From positions 65,306 through 129,305 of the forward strand of contig JAHDFH010000001.1 in assembly GCA_020628305.1 (NCBI GenBank): 64,000 nucleotides of DNA, in the 5' to 3' direction. This document shows, in pieces, positions 26,286 to 36,649 of the stretch. The DNA comes from Acidimicrobiales bacterium. Its GTDB lineage: Bacteria > Actinomycetota > Acidimicrobiia > Acidimicrobiales > SZUA-35. Made by a program: the position numbers and the translations under genes. The notes under the pieces were generated by a model that was not told the origin of the DNA, did no database searches, and worked only from the letters and a program-made list of their open reading frames with translations. Numbering within the stretch: the first letter of the stretch is position 1; every line of letters begins with the position of its first letter.

Positions 26286-28699
26286 CAGCAACTGAATCCA
26301 GCGCAGTAAAGGCTACGACAGGCGTTCCATTTACGCTTAACGGTCAAGAACTTCATGCTGAAGAGGGTGAACTGCTGATTGAAGCTTGCGACAAGAATGG
26401 CGTGCACATCCCAAGGTTCTGCTACCACAAGCGTATGGAATCGGTTGGCATGTGTCGCATGTGTATTGTCGAAGTCGACACTGGCAGGGGTCCAGCTTTA
26501 CAGCCAAGCTGCATGCTGACAGTTACCCCCGAGATGAAAGTCGAAACCGAGTCTGAAGCAACTAAAGACGCCCAAGATGGGGTGCTTGAATTACTCCTGG
26601 CGAATCATCCTCTTGATTGCCCTGTCTGCGATAAGGGTGGTGAGTGCCCGCTGCAAGATAACGCTTTTGCGTACGGGCCGGGTGAGTCTCGCTTTGTTGA
26701 AGAGAAAAGGCATTTTGAGAAGCCAATTCCAATTTCTGATCTGGTCAAACTAGATCGTGAGCGTTGCATACTTTGTGATCGCTGCACCCGCTTCGCCTCA
26801 GATGTCGCTGGTGACTCCCTTATCCACTTTATTGATCGCGGCTCATCCACTCAGGTAAATACGTTTCCAGATCATCCGTTTGCGTCTTACTACAGCGGCA
26901 ACACAGTTCAGATCTGTCCCGTTGGGGCATTAACAGCTGCTCCCTACAGGTTTAAAGCACGCCCTTGGGATTTAACAGGATCGCCGTCTACTGCAACGGT
27001 TGATTCCAGCGGTTCACGAGTTCTTGTGCAGTCTTCTCAAGACAAGGTGGTTCGTATCCAAGGCGTTGACTCAGATGCAGTGAACTGGGGTTGGCTCAGC
27101 GACAAAGAACGCTTTATTTATGAGGCAAATGTTTCTGAGGATCGTATTTTGCAGCCAATGCGACGAGCTGTAGATGGATCCTTAGAGCCAATGCGCTGGA
27201 ACGATGCGCTTAAGCAAACTTCTGAAGCGCTTGGTAAGAAAGCTGCTGCAATTGGTGGTGCTCGCTTAACGCTTGAAGCGCAACACGTTTGGCAAAAAGT
27301 TTTAGCCGATGAGTTCTCGGTTGTGTCTTATGATGCTTCATTGGGCGACGATGTTTCGGCAGACGTAGTTGATTCACTCCCTAAGGCAACTTATGACTGG
27401 GCTTTCAACGCCGGATCTGTAGTGGTCGTGGTTGGGCAAGATTTGAAAGAGATCTTGCCGAGCATCTATCTGAGGCTCCGAGGTGTGGTTAAGGACGGAT
27501 CAGTTGAACTCGTGGAGTTCAATTACAAGTCCGGCAGCCTGGCGAAATTGGCTCGTAAGTCTGTTCAAAGCAGACCAGGTGAGTTAGCCAAAGATGTTAA
27601 GCAAGCCTTTACCGCAACTCCAGGCGAGCGCTCCAGTGATTTGAATTGTCTGGTAGACACCGACAAGCCATTGACTGTAATTTTCAGCCGACCAAACGTT
27701 GCTGAATCAGCTGACTATTTAACTGAGGCTTTGCAAGTGATTCAGTCGGTAAGACCTGACGCTCATTTCTTGCCGGCGTTCAGACGAGGTAACACTGTAG
27801 GCGCTCAACTAGCCGGCTTGACCCCAGGAGTCAGAGAGGTCGCTACTGAAGATGAGATCATTGTCGAGCAAGTTGCAGTAGTTGGACGCCCAACCGCAGA
27901 GATCCTCCAAGAAGCTGCTAACGGCGAGGTAGAAACTTTATTGCTGCTTGGCGCTGACCCTATTTCTGACTTCCCTGACAAAGCGTTGGCAGAAGCCGCA
28001 CTCGATGCTGTGAATACAGTCATTGCCGTTGACTGTTTCGAAAATCCATCCGTTGCATCGGCGAACGTTATATTGCCTGTTGCCATGTATGGAGAAGTTA
28101 ACGGTCACTTTGTTAACTCAGAAGGTCGACTTTCCCCGCTTGGAGCTAGGGTCACAGCCCCTGGATTGGTTCGCTCAGATTTGGAGATAGCTGCTTCATT
28201 AGCCAAGACAGCGCCGCAGTCAAACTCTGACGCACAAAGCTCTTTAGAAACTAGCCACATGCTTGGCTCAGAGCCAATTGCGTGGGATTTACTTGAACTC
28301 TCGAGCGAAGGCGCTCGCATCAAGACGCCAACCAAGCCAATTCAGCGTGTCAAGGCCGACGTTCCAACTGTAGCTGATGGCCTGCGACTGGTGATTGGCA
28401 ATAAGCTCTGGGATCAGGGAACTATCGTCGAAAACTCTCGGACCCTCGCCGGTCTTTGTGAGACTTTCAAAGTACGAATCAATCCTGCTGATGCAGATCG
28501 GTTTGGTTTGACAGCCGGTGCTGAGATTGTAGTTAAGAACGCTAAGGCCACAGCCTCTGTTCCGTTTATCACAGATTCATCAGTTGCTGAAGGTGTTCTC
28601 TGGGCCCCAGCGAATGTTAGAGGGTTTGATCCACGCTCGTTTGTCACGTTCTCCGAAAGTGTTTGTTATGTCGAGGTAAGTGCTGGAGAGCAGAAATGA
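26282..28699 (+). CDS. nuoG: NADH-quinone oxidoreductase subunit G
   Basis: N-terminal 2Fe-2S/4Fe-4S Cys clusters: CYHKRMESVGMCRMC, HPLDCPVCDKGGECPLQ, CILCDRCTRF. Molybdopterin-like C-terminal domain. Confidence 0.9.
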   Translation: MTATESSAVKATTGVPFTLNGQELHAEEGELLIEACDKNGVHIPRFCYHKRMESVGMCRMCIVEVDTGRGPALQPSCMLTVTPEMKVETESEATKDAQDGVLELLLANHPLDCPVCDKGGECPLQDNAFAYGPGESRFVEEKRHFEKPIPISDLVKLDRERCILCDRCTRFASDVAGDSLIHFIDRGSSTQVNTFPDHPFASYYSGNTVQICPVGALTAAPYRFKARPWDLTGSPSTATVDSSGSRVLVQSSQDKVVRIQGVDSDAVNWGWLSDKERFIYEANVSEDRILQPMRRAVDGSLEPMRWNDALKQTSEALGKKAAAIGGARLTLEAQHVWQKVLADEFSVVSYDASLGDDVSADVVDSLPKATYDWAFNAGSVVVVVGQDLKEILPSIYLRLRGVVKDGSVELVEFNYKSGSLAKLARKSVQSRPGELAKDVKQAFTATPGERSSDLNCLVDTDKPLTVIFSRPNVAESADYLTEALQVIQSVRPDAHFLPAFRRGNTVGAQLAGLTPGVREVATEDEIIVEQVAVVGRPTAEILQEAANGEVETLLLLGADPISDFPDKALAEAALDAVNTVIAVDCFENPSVASANVILPVAMYGEVNGHFVNSEGRLSPLGARVTAPGLVRSDLEIAASLAKTAPQSNSDAQSSLETSHMLGSEPIAWDLLELSSEGARIKTPTKPIQRVKADVPTVADGLRLVIGNKLWDQGTIVENSRTLAGLCETFKVRINPADADRFGLTAGAEIVVKNAKATASVPFITDSSVAEGVLWAPANVRGFDPRSFVTFSESVCYVEVSAGEQK

Positions 28700-29985
28700 T
28701 TGGCGCTCAACCATACCTAGCAGATGGCGTCGACCTTGGTGACATCGTGCTAGCCGTAAGCAAGGCCACCATTGCGTTTGTAGTTCTTTTAGTATCAGTG
28801 ATGTTGATGGTCTGGTTTGAGCGTAAGGTTGTGAGTCGCTTACAAAACCGTATTGGACCTAATGTTGCTGGACCGTTCGGAATCTTTCAAACACTTGCTG
28901 ATGGTATAAAGCTGTTCTTTAAAGAAGATCTCATTCCGGAAAGATCAGACCCACTTATTTTTAAACTTGCACCGTACTTGTCGCTGGTTCCCGCGTTTTT
29001 AACTTTCACAATTGTTCCTATCGCTGGGGATTTCAACGCAGATAACAATGGATCAGTAACCATCTTTGGGCGTGAAACTTTTCTTCAAGTAGCTGACGCT
29101 CCGGTTGGTGTGTTGCTGTTTCTTGCAATGAGTTCAGTTGGAGTTTACGGAATTATGCTTGCTGGTTGGGCTTCAGGTTCTAAATATCCTCTCATAGGAT
29201 CCGTCAGAGCTACAGCACAAGCCATCAGTTACGAAGCTGCACTTGGTCTATCTTTAGTTTCGGTCATCATTTTGTCGGGCTCATTGAGTACTAACGCTAT
29301 TGTTGATGTCCAAGCCGGCGCAGGCGCGGGATTCTTACCAAATTGGCACCTGATCACATCTGCATTCGTGCCATTTATAGTTTTTGTTATTGCAGGAACT
29401 GCAGAACTGAATCGTCCACCGTTCGACTTAGTCGAAGCAGAGCAAGAACTCGTCGGAGGTTTCCACACAGAGTACTCATCCATCCGTTTTGCACTTTTCT
29501 TCTTAGCTGAGTTCATGAATACAGTCACCATGTCAGCGATTATTGTGACTCTATTCCTGGGCGGACCAGCTGGCCCTAACCTTGGACTGCTGCCAGGCTG
29601 GGCTTGGGGCTTTGTCTGGTTCTTTGCGAAGCTTCTTGTATTCTTGTTTATGTTCGTATGGTTCAGAGCAACGCTTCCTCGTCTGCGATACGACCAGCTA
29701 ATGAACCTGGGCTGGAAGGTGTTGATTCCCGTATCGCTTGGCTGGCTATTGCTGCTATCTGGCCTACGCTTAGCTTCAGAAAATTCTGCTGGAGTAACTG
29801 AACTTCGTTTTATAGACTCTGACTCATTCAACACGGTGGTGTTCGCTGGCTTAGCAGTCTCAATTTTCTTGGTTGCCACTTTGTTGCTTTCAACGGCATT
29901 GCGAGACTCTAAAAAGAACAGACTCAAAGAACATGGCCTTGTAATGGTCGATGGCTCAGAGCCAATCAACACGGGAGCTTCGTAA
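28696..29985 (+). CDS. nuoH: NADH-quinone oxidoreductase subunit H (with a C-terminal extension)
   Basis: RKVVSRLQNRIGPN, GWASGSKYPLIGSVRA, ELNRPPFDLVEAEQELVGGFHTEYS. ATG 28696 overlaps the nuoG stop. Confidence 0.95.
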   Translation: MIGAQPYLADGVDLGDIVLAVSKATIAFVVLLVSVMLMVWFERKVVSRLQNRIGPNVAGPFGIFQTLADGIKLFFKEDLIPERSDPLIFKLAPYLSLVPAFLTFTIVPIAGDFNADNNGSVTIFGRETFLQVADAPVGVLLFLAMSSVGVYGIMLAGWASGSKYPLIGSVRATAQAISYEAALGLSLVSVIILSGSLSTNAIVDVQAGAGAGFLPNWHLITSAFVPFIVFVIAGTAELNRPPFDLVEAEQELVGGFHTEYSSIRFALFFLAEFMNTVTMSAIIVTLFLGGPAGPNLGLLPGWAWGFVWFFAKLLVFLFMFVWFRATLPRLRYDQLMNLGWKVLIPVSLGWLLLLSGLRLASENSAGVTELRFIDSDSFNTVVFAGLAVSIFLVATLLLSTALRDSKKNRLKEHGLVMVDGSEPINTGAS

Positions 29986-30620
29986 TGGGTTACCTAGCTG
30001 GATTTCCAATCACTCTTAAGAAATGGTTTGAAGGTGTTACAACCAAAAACTATCGTGCTGGTAAAGGTGGCAAATCAGATGTGAAGGCTCCCAAGCCCGA
30101 TCGTCTACATGGTCGACATGTGTTGAACCGCTACGAAGATGGCTTAGAGAAATGTATTGGCTGCGAACTTTGTGCGGGTGTTTGCCCAGCAAAGTGTATA
30201 TATGTTCGAGGTGCCGACAACAATCCCACAGATCCAACATCTCCTGGTGAGCGTTTTGGATTTGTATACGAGATTAACTATTTGCGTTGTATTCACTGCG
30301 ACTTGTGCGTTGAAGCCTGCCCAACTGAGGCGATCACAGAATCAAAGCTGTTCGAATTTTCCTTCGAAGATCGCAAGAGTGCGATTTATACGAAGAACGA
30401 GCTTCTTGTAGACGAAGACGGCAAACCTCAGCAGCTCCCTTGGGAAGATTGGCGTGAAGGCGAAGACAAAGCAACATCTGGTTGGATGAGAGCAACCGCT
30501 CCATCGGGGGATTCCAATTATGTTGGCAAGGTTGCATGGTCGGGAGAGCTTGGCTACGGCGTGCGTCAACCTGAGTCAGTTGAGCTGACCATTAAGCCAA
30601 AGTCAGGAGACAGTAAATGA
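29985..30620 (+). CDS. nuoI: NADH-quinone oxidoreductase subunit I
   Basis: CIGCELCAGVCP and CIHCDLCVEACP. Confidence 0.9.
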   Translation: MGYLAGFPITLKKWFEGVTTKNYRAGKGGKSDVKAPKPDRLHGRHVLNRYEDGLEKCIGCELCAGVCPAKCIYVRGADNNPTDPTSPGERFGFVYEINYLRCIHCDLCVEACPTEAITESKLFEFSFEDRKSAIYTKNELLVDEDGKPQQLPWEDWREGEDKATSGWMRATAPSGDSNYVGKVAWSGELGYGVRQPESVELTIKPKSGDSK

Positions 30621-31180
30621 TTGATGTTGTTGTCTTCGGAGTTTCAGCCATCATCGTCTTGGGTGGAGCGCTTGGTGTGGTCTTATCTAAGAACCCAGTT
30701 CGAGCAGCGTTGAGCCTCGTAGCGTCGTTCCTCGCAGTGGCAGTACTGTTTGTTATTCAACAAGCTCACTTCTTAGCATTGGTTCAAGTAGTGGTATACG
30801 GCGGAGCAATTGTTGTTCTCTTCTTGTTTGTTATTATGCTCCTGGGCGTTGACAAAGTAGAAGATTTAGATCTTCCTGAACGGTCACAGGTTGTGGCGGG
30901 CATAGTTTCGGGTTTGGCCTTCTTTGGACTGATTTGTGCAGGTCTCTTTGTCTCAGGACCTGGGGGAGATGAAGGCAACGTAGCGCTTACTGGGCAGATT
31001 GGGCGCAACCCGATTGATTCAACAGATGATATCAACCAGTTGGCGGCCGATATCTTCACTCGCAATCTTGTGCCATTTATGGCTACAGCTTTGTTGCTTA
31101 CTATTGCAACTATCGGTGCGGTTGTAATGGTGAAAAATTCAGAAGCTGACTCTTCGTTACCAGAAGCTGAGGTCAACTAG
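30617..31180 (+). CDS. nuoJ: NADH-quinone oxidoreductase subunit J
   Basis: Position in the operon. TM pattern with VQVVVYGGAIVVLFLFVIML. Confidence 0.85.
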   Translation: MIDVVVFGVSAIIVLGGALGVVLSKNPVRAALSLVASFLAVAVLFVIQQAHFLALVQVVVYGGAIVVLFLFVIMLLGVDKVEDLDLPERSQVVAGIVSGLAFFGLICAGLFVSGPGGDEGNVALTGQIGRNPIDSTDDINQLAADIFTRNLVPFMATALLLTIATIGAVVMVKNSEADSSLPEAEVN

Positions 31181-31485
31181 TGGAACTGACCGAAACATGG
31201 TTTCTGCTGCTGAGCGCAGCGCTTTTCTCAATTGGACTGGCAGGCATCCTGATCCGCAAGAATCCTTTGATTATGTTCATGTGTGCAGAACTTATGCTTA
31301 ACGCAGTCAATATCGCATTCATAGCATTCTCGGAGCGGCTGCAAGATATAGCTGGGCAGTCTGCGATTCTTTTTATTCTGGTCGTTGCCGCCGCCGAAGT
31401 AGTAATCGGTCTGTCGCTAGTAGTTTTGTTGCAGCGACGCAACAGAGACCTGGTAGTCGATGATCTATCGGAGCTGAGGGGGTAA
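31180..31485 (+). CDS. nuoK: NADH-quinone oxidoreductase subunit K
   Basis: 101 aa with 3 TM helices. MCAELMLNAVN...AAAEVVIGLSLVV. Confidence 0.9.
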   Translation: MELTETWFLLLSAALFSIGLAGILIRKNPLIMFMCAELMLNAVNIAFIAFSERLQDIAGQSAILFILVVAAAEVVIGLSLVVLLQRRNRDLVVDDLSELRG

Positions 31486-31488
31486 GAG

Positions 31489-33426
31489 ATGTTAGAACTT
31501 GCGTGGCTCATCCCTGGTTTTCCGCTTCTTGGAGCGCTCCTAAATCTTGCGGTGGGTCGAAGACTTGGCGAGCCTTCATCGGGTTGGCTAGCAGCAGCGG
31601 CATCAGGAGCGAGTTTTGTTACCACGGTTCTTGTATTCAACGAGCTCAGGAGCTTAGAAGCAGGGGAGCGCTTCCATATCGAGAAGTTGTTCGACTGGAT
31701 AACAGTTGGATCTTTCGATGTCGATGCTGGACTTTTGATAGATCCCCTGTCAATTACGATGGCATTGTTCATAACAGGTGTCGGATCCTTAATCCACGTT
31801 TACTCAGTTGGGTATATGCATGGCGACGCGAATTTTTCTAAGTTCTTCATCTACCTGAACTTATTCGTCACTTCAATGTTGTTGCTAGTTTTGGGCGACA
31901 ACCTACTTCTAACCTTCCTAGGTTGGGAAGGTGTCGGGGCTTGCTCATATCTGCTGATCTCATTCTGGTTTACAGATAAAGCCAATGCTACTGCCGGTAA
32001 GAAAGCCTTTGTTACTAACAGGGTTGGTGATTTTGGCTACATGCTGGCGTTGTTCTTGGTGTTCGAATCTTTGGGCTCGATAAAGTACGACGACATCGTT
32101 GCTGGAGCGTCAACACTGGCTCCAGTCACAGCAACCGCTATTGTATTGCTGTTCTTGTTGGCTGCTACTGGAAAATCTGCTCAGCTTCCACTCTTTGTAT
32201 GGCTTCCGGACGCAATGGCCGGTCCAACGCCTGTCTCAGCGTTGATTCACGCAGCCACGATGGTTACCTCAGGGGTGTTCCTTTTAACAAGGCTTAATCC
32301 AATTTTGGCAGAAGCGCAGGTGTGGGCACTTGGCACGATCGCGTGGGTAGGTGCCATTACAGCTCTAGTTGCGGCCACAGCGGCCGTTGCCCAAAACGAT
32401 ATAAAGAAGGTATTGGCGTACTCGACAGTCTCTCAGCTTGGTTACTTGTTCTTGGCTATTGGTTCAGGGGGATACGTTCCAGCGCTGTTCCATATGATCA
32501 CACATGCGTTTTTTAAAGCGTTGCTGTTCCTTGGCGCAGGATCAGTCATCCATGGCATGCATCACGAGCAAGACATGCGCAAGATGGGTGGCCTACGTAA
32601 GCTCATGCCAATCACGTCGGCCACCTTTATTGTTGGTTGGCTAGCTATCGCCGGTGTTCCTCCGTTTTCAGGATTCTGGAGCAAGGATGAGATCCTGCTG
32701 TATGCGTATAACGCAGATGCCGTTGGTGGCAAGGCGCTTTGGGTTATTGGTCTAGCAACAGCTCTGATCACTGCTTTCTACATGACTCGCCAAGTTCTAA
32801 TGACATTCTTCGGTAAGCCTAGATTTTCTGAGGATGTTCATCCGCATGAATCTCCAAAGACTATGACGACGCCACTCATCGTATTAGCTGGATTGGCAGC
32901 GGTAGCCGGGCTGTTGAACCTTCCGTTTAAGGGCATGCATTACTTGCAAGAATGGCTAGAACCATCGCTATTTGGGAACGAAGTTCATCTTGACGCTTCA
33001 TCAAATTCAAAGATTCTGCTGGCGTTGATTGCAACATTGGTCGCTGTTTCTGCGATTCTCATGGCTCGAAAGGTCTACGGGACATTGGGGACGGGGTCAT
33101 TTGTCCCAGCCTCTGGTAGCGAAGACGAGGGTAAGCCCATGACAGTGGCCCAGAAAATTGAGAAGCCAATTCTGGCAAGAGCTTGGGGCATCGACGAGGC
33201 ATATTCAAGACTCTTTGGACAGTTAGGAGAGAAGCTCTTTCACAAGTTCGCTTCCTTTGACCGTAGCGTCATAGATGGCGCAGTAAATGGGGTTTCTAAG
33301 TTGGCTAGCGGAGTTGGAACGACTCTTCGAGTCACCCAAACAGGCTATGTTCGCAACTACCTACAGTTCATGGCTTTTGGTGTGATTGCTCTTGGGGTTT
33401 GGCTCCTATGGAGGTTGTTTATATGA
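31489..33426 (+). CDS. nuoL: NADH-quinone oxidoreductase subunit L
   Basis: WEGVGACSYLLISFW, WLPDAMAGPTPVSALIHAATMV, FSGFWSKDEIL. Confidence 0.95.
   Translation: MLELAWLIPGFPLLGALLNLAVGRRLGEPSSGWLAAAASGASFVTTVLVFNELRSLEAGERFHIEKLFDWITVGSFDVDAGLLIDPLSITMALFITGVGSLIHVYSVGYMHGDANFSKFFIYLNLFVTSMLLLVLGDNLLLTFLGWEGVGACSYLLISFWFTDKANATAGKKAFVTNRVGDFGYMLALFLVFESLGSIKYDDIVAGASTLAPVTATAIVLLFLLAATGKSAQLPLFVWLPDAMAGPTPVSALIHAATMVTSGVFLLTRLNPILAEAQVWALGTIAWVGAITALVAATAAVAQNDIKKVLAYSTVSQLGYLFLAIGSGGYVPALFHMITHAFFKALLFLGAGSVIHGMHHEQDMRKMGGLRKLMPITSATFIVGWLAIAGVPPFSGFWSKDEILLYAYNADAVGGKALWVIGLATALITAFYMTRQVLMTFFGKPRFSEDVHPHESPKTMTTPLIVLAGLAAVAGLLNLPFKGMHYLQEWLEPSLFGNEVHLDASSNSKILLALIATLVAVSAILMARKVYGTLGTGSFVPASGSEDEGKPMTVAQKIEKPILARAWGIDEAYSRLFGQLGEKLFHKFASFDRSVIDGAVNGVSKLASGVGTTLRVTQTGYVRNYLQFMAFGVIALGVWLLWRLFI
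33079..33107 (+). repeat. G-rich-loop hairpin repeat, in-frame inside nuoL
   Basis: GGGACA-TTGGGGACGGGGTCATT-TGTCCC. It encodes GTLGTGSFVP in a lineage-variable part of NuoL. Confidence 0.6.
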
Positions 33427-35051
33427 ATCCCGCTCAGCCGATAAACGCAGATCTTGTGCTTAGCGCTCTAGTTATAGTTCCAGCAGTGTCTGCATTGCTG
33501 TGTCTGGCCGTTCCAAGACACATGGCTAAATTTGCAGCTCTTCTCGGGTCTGTACTCACCGGAATGATTTCGATGTTGATGTTAGCCAACTTTGACTCAA
33601 CAGTCGGGGTTTACCAGTTTGTCGAATCTTATGATTGGTTTGGTGGTATCTCCTGGAGCCTTGGAGTCGATGGCATATCGCTATTTCTGGTGGTGCTTGC
33701 AGGTCTGTTATTCCCAATTGCTATTGCGGCGACTGAGACCCCTGAGAACCAAGGTCGTTTCTACAGCTATGTGATGATGCTGCTTGCAGGTTCAATGGGC
33801 GCCTTTCTAAGCCTTGACCTAATACTCTTCTTTGCATTCTTCGAAGTGGTCCTCGTTCCGATGTATTTCCTGATTGGTGGTTGGGGACACGGCGACCGAA
33901 TCTATGCAGCGATGAAGTTCTTTTTGTATACCATGGCAGCTTCAGCTCTAATGCTGGTAGGAATTTTGGCTCTTGGCGTTCTCACGGCTGGCGATTCTGG
34001 AATTAGCTTCCATATAGAAGACATTCGCTCAGCACTAGCAGCGAATCCATTATCCGACACAGCTGCAATGTTGATATTTGTTAGTTTCATGATTGCGTTT
34101 GCTGCCAAGGTGCCTGTCGTGCCAGTTCACACTTGGTTGCCAGATGCACACACCGAAGCCCCAACTATTGGATCTGTAATTCTTGCTGGTGTCATGTTGA
34201 AGCTAGGAACTTACGGCATGATCCGCTTTGGCTTGGCGCTCTTCCCAGAAGCAGCGCTTGAGCTGGCGCCGGTCTTTTTGACTTTGGGCGTAGTTGGGAT
34301 TGTTTACGGCGCTGCTGTTGCAACCGTGCAGAAAGACCTCAAGCGGCTGGTGGCTTACTCCTCAATTGCTCACATGGGTTTCATTGTGCTTGGAATCTTT
34401 GCTTTCAACTCACAAGGTATTTCGGGGGCTGTCATTCAGATGGTCAACCACGGTATCTCTACCGGGGCACTGTTCATCCTCGTTGGCTGGATATACGCAA
34501 GACGTCACACTCGCCAAATTGCTGAACTGTCAGGTTTGCAAAAAGCTGCTCCCGTCTTTGCGGGTGTTATGACACTAGTGGTTCTTTCTAGTATCGGGCT
34601 TCCTGGCCTGAATGGTTTCGTCGGCGAGTTTCTAATTCTCATGGGTGCTTTCAACTCAGCTCGCTGGTGGGCAGTTGTTGCAGTAAGCGGGGTCATCTTG
34701 GCAGCGCTCTACCTTCTCTGGGCATATCAGAGAACGTTCCATGGCAGCCCAGAGGGTAATAACGCAACGATGCCTGATTTATCGATCAAAGAGCGTCTCG
34801 CCATCGCACCCCTTTTAGTTATGATTATCGGCCTCGGTGTCTATCCAAACTTTATGTTGGAGCGGATAGAGCCCACTGTTGATGTGTTGATTGCAAGTAT
34901 TGAGGAAGCAGATCTCGACTCTGGTCAGTTTATTGAAACCGAACCTGAGGCTCCAGCCAGTAGAGCTGGCAAAGATGGTCTGATAGAGGAGCTTGAGAAA
35001 GCTGAAAGTAAGAGTGAAGGCTATGGAGATGATCACGGAGGTGATTCATGA
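33423..35051 (+). CDS. nuoM: NADH-quinone oxidoreductase subunit M
   Basis: HTWLPDAHTEAPTIGSVILAGVMLKLGTYG. ATG 33423 overlaps the nuoL stop. Confidence 0.95.
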   Translation: MNPAQPINADLVLSALVIVPAVSALLCLAVPRHMAKFAALLGSVLTGMISMLMLANFDSTVGVYQFVESYDWFGGISWSLGVDGISLFLVVLAGLLFPIAIAATETPENQGRFYSYVMMLLAGSMGAFLSLDLILFFAFFEVVLVPMYFLIGGWGHGDRIYAAMKFFLYTMAASALMLVGILALGVLTAGDSGISFHIEDIRSALAANPLSDTAAMLIFVSFMIAFAAKVPVVPVHTWLPDAHTEAPTIGSVILAGVMLKLGTYGMIRFGLALFPEAALELAPVFLTLGVVGIVYGAAVATVQKDLKRLVAYSSIAHMGFIVLGIFAFNSQGISGAVIQMVNHGISTGALFILVGWIYARRHTRQIAELSGLQKAAPVFAGVMTLVVLSSIGLPGLNGFVGEFLILMGAFNSARWWAVVAVSGVILAALYLLWAYQRTFHGSPEGNNATMPDLSIKERLAIAPLLVMIIGLGVYPNFMLERIEPTVDVLIASIEEADLDSGQFIETEPEAPASRAGKDGLIEELEKAESKSEGYGDDHGGDS

Positions 35052-36613
35052 TCACATTTCAGACAGTCGCTAACCCGGATGCTTTCGAAGTCCCTATTGT
35101 TGAATGGGGAGCGCTCAGCCCTCTGTTAATTATGGCATTGGCGCCGATTCTGTTGGTAACGGTCAGCTCAGTTGTTCCCTCATTTAAGAAGGCATCTCTG
35201 CCAACGGTCTATACAGCCGGTGCTGCTTTACTATCTGCGGCTGTGACCGCAACATTATGGTCCGACAATAGGTTGTTGATGGACGGGGCACTAACCATCG
35301 ACCGCTTCACCTTGGTTGGCTGGTTGATTATTGCCGTAGGTGTAGCTGCAATAGCCATGCTCTTAGACAACTACATTGTCAAGCAGGGCTATTTTGAGCA
35401 GATCATTGAGTGGAACGTACTTCTAATGATTTCAGCTGCTGGTGGCATGATCGTGGTAGCTGCACAAGACTTAATTGTGTTATTTGTCGGCATTGAAGTG
35501 CTCTCCATAGCTACATATGTATTGGTTGGTCTGCATTTGCGAAAGCCAATAGCGCAAGAAGCAGCCTTCAAATACTTCATTCTGGGGGCAGTATCTTCCG
35601 GAGTATTCGCTTACGGGATAGCTCTGGTTTACGGCGCAACGGGTTCAACCTATTTATCTGAAATAGCAACCTCTGGTCGCAACTCACTAGGGTTGAACCC
35701 GGTAGTTGACTCATCGCTCATGCTCGTAGGAATTGCTCTAATGCTTGGCGGGTTTGCTTTCAAGGTTGGTGCCGCTCCGTTTCATTCTTGGACCCCTGAT
35801 GTTTATCAAGGGGCTCCAACCCCGATAACCGCTTACATGGCTAGCGCCGTAAAAGTGGCAGCTGCGCTTGGATTCGCCAGAGTTATGCACGACGCTTTTG
35901 GTGAGTTCTCTGTTGACTGGCAGCCATTGGTTTCAGTGCTTGCAGTACTTTCATTGGTGGCTGGTTCTTTCATCGGTCTTGCTCAGAAGAATCTCAAACG
36001 CATCTTGGCCTATTCTTCCATCAATCACGTTGGCTTTATATTGATTGCCATCTATGCGCTAGATGAGGGTGTTGAAGCGCTGTTGTTTTATTCAGCGAGC
36101 TATGCATTTACCGTTATCGGAAGCTTTGGCATTTTGATGATGATGACTCAAACTGAACCTGTTTTAGCTGAGTCTGATGACGAGAAGATGGTGATGATTG
36201 GGGCCAACAAGATTAGAAACCTGGAATCGGCTGACGGCATGACTCTCGATGATCTGGCGGGAGCCTCGAAACGGCATCCTCTGCTGGCGGGCCTATTCGC
36301 TGTGCTTCTGTTTTCTCAAGCTGGCGTGCCCTTTACGGTTGGCTTCTGGGCGAAGCTGCAAGCGATTCTCGCAGCAGTGTCTGTAGAGGCATACTTGCTA
36401 GCTGGGTTTGCCATTCTCGCTGCGGTCGTGGCAGCAGTGCTTTACTTGAGAATAGTCGTTGCTATGTATCTCAAATCTGATGACTCTGAACCGGCTCGCA
36501 CAAACTACTCAAAGCTTTCCCTCATCGCAGTCGTCGCTTGCGTGCTGCTAACCGTCGGCCTCGGAATCTATCCAGAGCCACTCTCAGATTTAGTTACCAA
36601 CGCCGGTAGCTAG
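35048..36613 (+). CDS. nuoN: NADH-quinone oxidoreductase subunit N
   Basis: FHSWTPDVYQGAPTPITAYM. Last gene of the operon. Confidence 0.9.
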   Translation: MITFQTVANPDAFEVPIVEWGALSPLLIMALAPILLVTVSSVVPSFKKASLPTVYTAGAALLSAAVTATLWSDNRLLMDGALTIDRFTLVGWLIIAVGVAAIAMLLDNYIVKQGYFEQIIEWNVLLMISAAGGMIVVAAQDLIVLFVGIEVLSIATYVLVGLHLRKPIAQEAAFKYFILGAVSSGVFAYGIALVYGATGSTYLSEIATSGRNSLGLNPVVDSSLMLVGIALMLGGFAFKVGAAPFHSWTPDVYQGAPTPITAYMASAVKVAAALGFARVMHDAFGEFSVDWQPLVSVLAVLSLVAGSFIGLAQKNLKRILAYSSINHVGFILIAIYALDEGVEALLFYSASYAFTVIGSFGILMMMTQTEPVLAESDDEKMVMIGANKIRNLESADGMTLDDLAGASKRHPLLAGLFAVLLFSQAGVPFTVGFWAKLQAILAAVSVEAYLLAGFAILAAVVAAVLYLRIVVAMYLKSDDSEPARTNYSKLSLIAVVACVLLTVGLGIYPEPLSDLVTNAGS

Positions 36614-36644
36614 CGCGGCATTAGGGACGCGGTCACTTGCCGCG
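36614..36644 (+). terminator. hairpin after nuoN (related to the G-loop hairpin family); candidate terminator
   Basis: CGCGGCA-TTAGGGACGCGGTCACT-TGCCGCG followed by TTTGG. It lies between convergent genes. Confidence 0.4.
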
Positions 36645-36649
36645 TTTGG

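Noticed and set aside
33079-33107. The hairpin inside nuoL as evidence of a frameshift or pseudogene.
   Set aside because: The nuoL reading frame is continuous (645 aa) with conserved motifs on both sides of the element.
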